Shown: piece after piece, positions 27,846 to 32,000 of the stretch | Position numbering within the stretch: position 1 is the stretch's first letter | Layout: the number at the start of each line of letters is the position of its first letter | DNA from: Patescibacteria group bacterium | GTDB lineage: Bacteria > Patescibacteriota > Minisyncoccia > UBA6257 > HR35 | Length of the DNA: 32,000 nt | Reading direction: 5' to 3' | Assembly (NCBI GenBank): GCA_023480925.1 | Contig: JAMCWY010000019.1 | Location: forward strand, 12,268-44,267 | Translations under genes and position numbers: made by a program | Notes under the pieces: model-generated | The model's database searches: none | Told to the model about the DNA's origin: nothing | The model's input: the letters and a program-made list of their open reading frames with translations, nothing else

Positions 27846-28238
27846 TCAGTACATTCAAATTCCAAACGAAAAGAGAAGAGGTGTAACTGTGTTTATTTAT
27901 ATCGGTGGCGTACCCGGGAACAGATGCTTACGATAACGCTCATTGTCGCGACCCCCATACCATCTGCGTCGCCGTCTCAAAGACGCGGACGATCGGCATG
28001 ACCGTAAGCGTAATATTGATTTTCTGATTCACGAACAGAAAATAGAAGTCAATATTGCCGTTTCTCAAGCCGCAGAACTCGGCATTCCTCTTTGCTGCGT
28101 GAGTAATAAGGGTGGCGAGAATCCGATAGCTTCGGAAGTACTTTTCTCTTTCTGTGTCCACCAAGCGCTATGCCGCAAAATACTGCGGCGCATCTTTCCC
28201 TGACCCACCGTACATTTCCCTACGGTGGGTTTTTATTT
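27846..28238 (+). ncRNA. candidate structured non-coding transcript (~390 nt), family unknown
   Basis: It is bounded by the IR-L promoter and a strong intrinsic terminator, and it is locally GC-enriched. It contains several helices, including 27926-27932/28003-28009, a 15-bp bulged hairpin at 28012-28056, and 28172-28189. The only ORFs are TTG-initiated, lack an RBS and mutually overlap. Confidence 0.45.
28203..28238 (+). terminator. rho-independent terminator (plus-strand orientation)
   Basis: ACCCACCGTA (28203-28212), an 8-nt loop, then TACGGTGGGT (28221-28230), followed by TTTTTATTT. On the minus strand no T-run follows the stem. Confidence 0.8.
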
Positions 28239-28781
28239 GAATACGCAATTTTCTTTAGTAATACCGTGGTTTTTTTTATAATCTTCCCATAGACCAAGGT
28301 ATGCCCTGGTAATCCTTGGCCGATCTAAAAGATTAAATTCGTTGAGATACCGATCTATTGTTTTCGGTTCACCCTCAAACTCAACAAAAAAACCGAAAGG
28401 TAATTTGTCAAATGAGATAGCAATATCATTTTTGAAAACATTTTTTCGTTTTTTCTCAAAAATAATTTCTTTGCTAAAACCCAAAGACCTCAATATCTCC
28501 CTCAAATTTTCAATATTTTCACCCTCTTTCATTTTTATCTCCAGTTCTTCTCGCTCAAAAAACTGGGCGTTTTCTCTTGTTTTTCTTTTCACAGTTAAAA
28601 TAATCTCTTTTTTCTCTCCTTCTACATATTTAATTCTTGGGAAAATGCCATCTTTGATGTTTGAAAAATCCTCTTTGAAATAGCCAAAGGTTCTTTCCAG
28701 GTGGAAATTATCAAAACCATCGGTAAAACGGCTAAATTCTTCAGGCGTTAATTCAATTTTTACTTCTATTTCTTTTTTCAT
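28233..28781 (-). CDS. CYTH-domain protein (triphosphate tunnel metalloenzyme; CyaB/ThTPase-like)
   Basis: N-terminal ExExK motif (EIEVKIE), plus further acidic strand motifs (REELEIK, FVEFEGE). It is 182 aa. It overlaps the upstream gene by 29 nt. Confidence 0.7.
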   Translation of the reverse strand: MKKEIEVKIELTPEEFSRFTDGFDNFHLERTFGYFKEDFSNIKDGIFPRIKYVEGEKKEIILTVKRKTRENAQFFEREELEIKMKEGENIENLREILRSLGFSKEIIFEKKRKNVFKNDIAISFDKLPFGFFVEFEGEPKTIDRYLNEFNLLDRPRITRAYLGLWEDYKKNHGITKENCVFK

Positions 28782-29664
28782 ATTTTTCTTCTTTTTCGTG
28801 GTCGTAATACGTTGGATATTTTTCAGACATTGGGAATCTGTATTTTGTTTGGTCTTTCACTCCCGCTTCTTTATATCCCCTCCGTCGGTCCCAACAAGTG
28901 GGACAATCGCCGCATTCGATATCAAATGATTTAACACAGGTTCTTGCTTTGTGCAGGGGTATTCCGTTTTCGAAAGACCATTTTATAAAAACATCTTTAT
29001 CAAAATAATTTCCAAACTCCGTTTCTATGGGGAGTGATATAAACTGCCAAGACCAATCGTTCAGTATTTGACAAAATAATATGTTCATTAACCTAACCCA
29101 AGTTTGAGAACAGTGATAGGAAAAATCCGAACTCATATTAGAGGCGAATACTGTTTTTGTTTCAACCCCCAGTGCTTTTAAAGAATAGCCGTACTCCATT
29201 CCGGTTAAAAATACTATTGGTCCTCTTGCCGGATAAGATATGTTATGACTTAACGGAATATCATCCATTATTCTTTTTGTTTTTCTCAATAAATCCTTGT
29301 ATTCCATCCCCGGCGTCATAATAGTTATCTCTTTATAATTGTGATAAAGTTTTGGGAATTTTCTCTTGTAAAATCGGTCAAAATAATCTACTGACTTCTT
29401 CTCATATTTGTAGTTTGACTGGCCCCTGTTTATGAAAAATGGATAAACATTCAAACTAAATTCTTTTAACAGTATTTCTATATTGGCAACGGAATCTTGG
29501 CCGCCAGACAAACAAGCAACAACGCTATCACCCCCTTTTGGCATTTTAACAACATACCCTCTTTTACTTTTCAGGATACCATCATATATCTTGAGTAGAG
29601 TAATATCCTCATTCTCTTTATTTTCGAATTTTACTTCTCCTTGTTTATTCAGTATTTTGGTCAT
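28753..29664 (-). CDS. QueC-like PP-loop ATPase (7-cyano-7-deazaguanine synthase family)
   Basis: PP-loop ACLSGGQDS and a C-terminal Cys cluster C-x7-C-x2-C-x2-C (CVKSFDIECGDCPTC), followed by RRRGYKEAGVKDQTKY, as in QueC. It has a roughly 45-aa N-terminal extension. Confidence 0.72.
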   Translation of the reverse strand: MTKILNKQGEVKFENKENEDITLLKIYDGILKSKRGYVVKMPKGGDSVVACLSGGQDSVANIEILLKEFSLNVYPFFINRGQSNYKYEKKSVDYFDRFYKRKFPKLYHNYKEITIMTPGMEYKDLLRKTKRIMDDIPLSHNISYPARGPIVFLTGMEYGYSLKALGVETKTVFASNMSSDFSYHCSQTWVRLMNILFCQILNDWSWQFISLPIETEFGNYFDKDVFIKWSFENGIPLHKARTCVKSFDIECGDCPTCWDRRRGYKEAGVKDQTKYRFPMSEKYPTYYDHEKEEKYEKRNRSKN

Positions 29665-30388
29665 AGTGCTTGTATGATTTGATTATTTCTTTTGCTTCCC
29701 CAACGGTTTCTTGATAAATATGTGCATCAGTTATAAAACCATCCAATGGCCCAACCCAAACATTGGTGTTCAATTTTTCTTTTAATCGTTCTACTACTTC
29801 CTTGGACAAAAGAGAGATTGCGACAAAATTTCCTCCAGCTTTTTGATACGCATCTATCGATCTTGCGTTAAATAATGTATTCATGTGATACCCCCTTTCC
29901 CCATTCATTTTAATAAGTCGGAATTGGACAGTTGTAATGCAGGGCAAATAATCATCTTTGGGCCTATCCAAAACTCTTTGATAATCCTCGTGTCTTATAA
30001 AACTCATAATTGCTTTTTTGGATTCTGGAATTTCGGCTAATCTCGCAACCACAAAATCTAACATTCCCCAATCTTTTATTCTTGCATAATAACTTTTACT
30101 ACCGGGACTAAACGAAGGCACGACATCAAAATCGTGCATTATATCCTTGGTGAATGTGAGTTCTATTATCTGGTCTATGTTTTTTTTATCCCCATACTTT
30201 TCAATAAGAACATCGGGGAGAGATTGCGTTGCTGATTTCATACGGATATTCTGCAGACTAACTCTTTTTCTCCCATCATCTTCAGTGAGCACTCCATTTT
30301 TAATAATCGCTTCAACTAAGCTCAACCAGACGCTTCCTATTGTTTCACCGAAAATGTTATAACCGAATGGTTCTAGTTTGACATACAT
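29645..30388 (-). CDS. thymidylate synthase (ThyA) fold enzyme, archaeal-like short form
   Basis: It carries LPCITTVQF (catalytic Cys with Q at +5), ARSID followed by N at D+8 (GGNFVAISLL), and TDAHIY (D-x-H-x-Y). These match the ThyA active-site layout. Confidence 0.72.
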   Translation of the reverse strand: MYVKLEPFGYNIFGETIGSVWLSLVEAIIKNGVLTEDDGRKRVSLQNIRMKSATQSLPDVLIEKYGDKKNIDQIIELTFTKDIMHDFDVVPSFSPGSKSYYARIKDWGMLDFVVARLAEIPESKKAIMSFIRHEDYQRVLDRPKDDYLPCITTVQFRLIKMNGERGYHMNTLFNARSIDAYQKAGGNFVAISLLSKEVVERLKEKLNTNVWVGPLDGFITDAHIYQETVGEAKEIIKSYKHYDQNTE

Positions 30389-30421
30389 AAGTTTAAATTA
30401 TTCACAAAAACGATGGTTTAA

Positions 30422-30450
30422 ATTATACACTATCTCACTGATTTTGTAAA
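30422..30450 (-). promoter_or_regulatory. inward-facing promoter TTTACA-N17-TATAAT at the inner end of IR-R, driving the ThyA-like/QueC-like/CYTH operon
   Basis: On the minus strand the -35 is at 30445-30450 and the -10 at 30422-30427, with a 17-nt spacer. The ATG at 30388 implies a leader of about 27 nt with no Shine-Dalgarno sequence. Confidence 0.65.
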
Positions 30451-30624
30451 TCTTTTGTGTTTATCTCGCGGCCAAAAATTGGGGGAGTTTGAGGGGGAAA
30501 ATTTTTGCCCGCGAGAGCCGACGGGTTTTCCTACCCGCCGCCGCAGGCGGCGGGCAACTATCAGGTAAGGTTTCGTTTCTTAGATTTGTGGATTAGGTTT
30601 GGTAAAATAATGTCAAAAGTTTGT
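30423..30624. repeat. right copy of the 202-bp inverted repeat (IR-R)
   Basis: Reverse complement of IR-L, with 8 substitutions and no indels. Confidence 0.95.
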
Positions 30625-30625
30625 G

Positions 30626-30647
30626 GGTGTTCTAATTCCGCAGCCAA
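30626..30647 (+). repeat. degenerate copy of the tRNA-Gln T-arm/3' acceptor end (putative att remnant)
   Basis: GGTGTTCTAATTCCGCAGCCAA compares with the tRNA's AGGTTCGAATCC[TAGCC]CCGCAGCCAA. The exact 10-mer CCGCAGCCAA occurs at 27618-27627 and 30638-30647 in the same orientation. Confidence 0.5.
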
Positions 30648-30907
30648 GCTGTAAAGTTTCTGTTTCCCGCCCGAGCGAAAATTATCAAAAGTCAGTGTCC
30701 GGATTTCCTTTGAAAAAAGTTCGGATTTTGTTCAGGAAGGACAGCCAATTTAGTTTGTAAAGTTTGGTGTGTTTGTTAGAGAAATACCAAAAAAAGTCAA
30801 ATTCCTGCCCATGATCAGTACAAATTGCGGTTGCGGCCAAGACGTACTGCTGTCACGATACGTTAAAAAAGAGACCGCAGTCAAACGGAAAAACTTAAAA
30901 TAATATT

Positions 30908-30916
30908 TGTTATAAT
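30908..30916 (+). promoter_or_regulatory. extended -10 promoter TGTTATAAT for tmk
   Basis: TG at 30908-30909 and TATAAT at 30911-30916. The leader carries AAGGAGG (30938-30944) 9 nt before the ATG. Confidence 0.5.
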
Positions 30917-30953
30917 ATTATTGGCATTTTATTATTTAAGGAGGAAAGAAAAA

Positions 30954-31586
30954 ATGGGTTTATTCATCGTGTTTGAAGGAGTCGACGGTTCAGGCAAGAC
31001 GCAGCAGAGCCGACTACTGAGCGACCATCTCAAAAGAAAGGGGTATAAGGTTCTTTTAACCAAAGAACCGGGCGGCGACGATTCAATCTCTTATATGATC
31101 AGATTGATCTTGCTTAACCCCGACCATAAAAACAAAATAGCGACCAAAACCGAGCTGATGCTTTTCGAAGCTGACCGAGCTCAGCATATTGATCGTACCA
31201 TCATGCCTGCTCTTAGAAACGACGAGATCGTCATATCCGACCGGTTTGACGCCGCCACTTACGCTTATCAAGTTTACGCGAGAAATGTTTGTTCCGCTGA
31301 AGAATTCTTTCACTTGAATGAATTCGTAACAAACGCTTTGTCGCCGGATTTTACTTTCTGGCTCGATTTGGACCCAACTATCGGCTTAAAACGCAACGCT
31401 AACGCCGGGAAAAAAGATCGATTCGAACTCGAAGGGATTGAATTCCACCGAAACGTTCGAGAAGGATATATAGAATATTTTCAAAATATCCCGGAGGAAA
31501 AGTACGCCAAGATCACCACCAATCGGCCGATTAAAAAAATCCACGAAGAAATTCTTCAGATTTTGGATAAAAAATTCAAAATCTAA
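30954..31586 (+). CDS. tmk: thymidylate kinase
   Basis: MGLFIVFEGVDGSGKTQQ P-loop, LTKEPGG, and a DRF/D-R motif region. The start is set at the ATG behind a strong SD rather than the track's upstream TTG. Confidence 0.88.
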   Translation: MGLFIVFEGVDGSGKTQQSRLLSDHLKRKGYKVLLTKEPGGDDSISYMIRLILLNPDHKNKIATKTELMLFEADRAQHIDRTIMPALRNDEIVISDRFDAATYAYQVYARNVCSAEEFFHLNEFVTNALSPDFTFWLDLDPTIGLKRNANAGKKDRFELEGIEFHRNVREGYIEYFQNIPEEKYAKITTNRPIKKIHEEILQILDKKFKI

Positions 31587-31685
31587 CGATAAAACCTAAT
31601 ACCAAATATAGGGCTTCATTTTAAATTATTTATTTTTCAACTTCGACAAAAACATTTTCTCTCCCAAAATATTGTTTTTTAAAAA

Positions 31686-31715
31686 AAGGGCGAATTATTA
31701 AATTAATCCGCCCTT
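31686..31715. terminator. possible bidirectional terminator hairpin between convergent genes
   Basis: AAGGGCG (31686-31692), a 16-nt AT loop, then CGCCCTT (31709-31715). It is flanked by an A-run upstream and a T-rich sequence downstream. Confidence 0.35.
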
Positions 31716-31723
31716 ATTGTTGC

Positions 31724-31933
31724 CTATTTTTTCTGATCCTGGCCCAATCGAATTTTTTTTCTTTCGATCTTCGCCACAACAAGAAAAAAATATCCAACCG
31801 GGACGAGCAACAGATTTTGAGGTCCGTCGCCAACTCCTCTCGAAAAAAGAAGAACTAACGGCGTGACCGTGAACAAAATGCCCATAGCCGAAAAAAGAAC
31901 GACTACTATCTCAGCCACGATTCGTTCCGTCAT
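31724..31933 (-). CDS. small hypothetical two-TM membrane protein (69 aa)
   Basis: The start is set at the ATG (31933) preceded by AAGGAGG (31942-31948, minus) with an 8-nt spacer. It has two hydrophobic segments. Confidence 0.5.
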   Translation of the reverse strand: MTERIVAEIVVVLFSAMGILFTVTPLVLLFSRGVGDGPQNLLLVPVGYFFLVVAKIERKKIRLGQDQKK

Positions 31934-32000
31934 TGTCTCTTCCTCCTTTCTCCCTATCATCGAAATCAGGGAAAAATTTCTCCGGTTCAAGAAGAACCAA

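Larger units (their letters stand above)
27627..30647. mobile_element. putative tRNA-Gln-associated genomic islet (~3 kb) without an integrase or transposase
   Basis: It starts right after the tRNA and ends at a degenerate copy of the tRNA 3' end that shares the core CCGCAGCCAA. It has internal 202-bp inverted repeats. The coding part is visibly more AT-rich than the flanking core genes. Confidence 0.5.

Noticed and set aside
27940-28203. Two mutually overlapping ORFs (plus strand 27943-28203, 86 aa; minus strand 27940-28164, 74 aa) in the space between IR-L and the CYTH gene.
   Set aside because: Both start at TTG with no upstream Shine-Dalgarno sequence. They occupy the same DNA on opposite strands, their sequences show no motif I recognise, and the region is bounded by a promoter and a terminator and rich in helices. 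I treat the region as non-coding. A 15-aa GTG ORF at 27888, behind a GAGG site, cannot be excluded as a leader peptide.
30389-30421. A preQ1, THF or ZTP-type riboswitch in front of the ThyA-like/QueC-like operon.
   Set aside because: The predicted leader is only about 27 nt and AT-rich, and I saw none of the conserved cores of these riboswitches. This needs a covariance-model scan to be certain.
27638-30624. The inverted repeats as a phase-variable invertible switch.
   Set aside because: Both repeat copies carry the same promoter facing inward, so inversion would not change which sequences are transcribed. No invertase or recombinase gene is present in or next to the segment.
27638-30624. 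The repeat-bounded segment as a classical IS or composite transposon.
   Set aside because: There is no transposase ORF. The 202-bp ends are much longer than typical terminal repeats. The bases immediately outside the repeats (TGACGCA and GGGTGTT) are not a target-site duplication.
1-32000. Alternative genetic code (UGA recoding, as in some CPR lineages) and CRISPR arrays.
   Set aside because: Conserved genes have normal lengths under the standard code, and the stops I checked are TAA. No regularly spaced direct repeats are present anywhere in the window.

Overview
The window looks like part of a small, moderately AT-rich bacterial chromosome. The gene content and trimmed domain architectures resemble Patescibacteria/CPR, but that is inference only. 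All protein calls come from motifs I recognised by eye; no searches were run.

Positions 1-27.5 kb are core housekeeping genes, mostly on the minus strand:
- gyrA, which runs off the 5' edge
- a CofE-like ligase with an ATP-grasp ligase
- an S1-domain protein and ftsH
- a KH protein with trmD
- an AlaRS that stops at the catalytic-core boundary
- a CIRCE-controlled hsp20-hrcA-grpE-dnaK-(membrane gene)-dnaJ-rpsT block
- a pilin-LamG fusion
- ppsA-eno
- a GIY-YIG/xseB/xseA/HExxH chain and an HD hydrolase

The main signal lies next to tRNA-Gln(CUG) at 27553-27626. A roughly 3 kb insert (27627-30647) ends in a degenerate copy of the tRNA 3' end. It is framed by two 202-bp inverted repeats that are 194/202 identical in my hand alignment. 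Each repeat carries two conserved hairpins and a near-consensus inward-facing promoter.

The right promoter drives a tightly overlapping operon on the minus strand: a thymidylate-synthase-fold enzyme, an orphan QueC-like PP-loop ATPase and a CYTH triphosphate-tunnel protein. The left promoter drives a GC-enriched unit of about 390 nt that has no credible ORF and ends in a strong intrinsic terminator. This unit converges on the operon and is a candidate ncRNA. A thymidylate kinase with a strong Shine-Dalgarno site sits just outside the insert.

I could not match this combination to any system I know. I propose it as a candidate nucleotide-modification or defence module.
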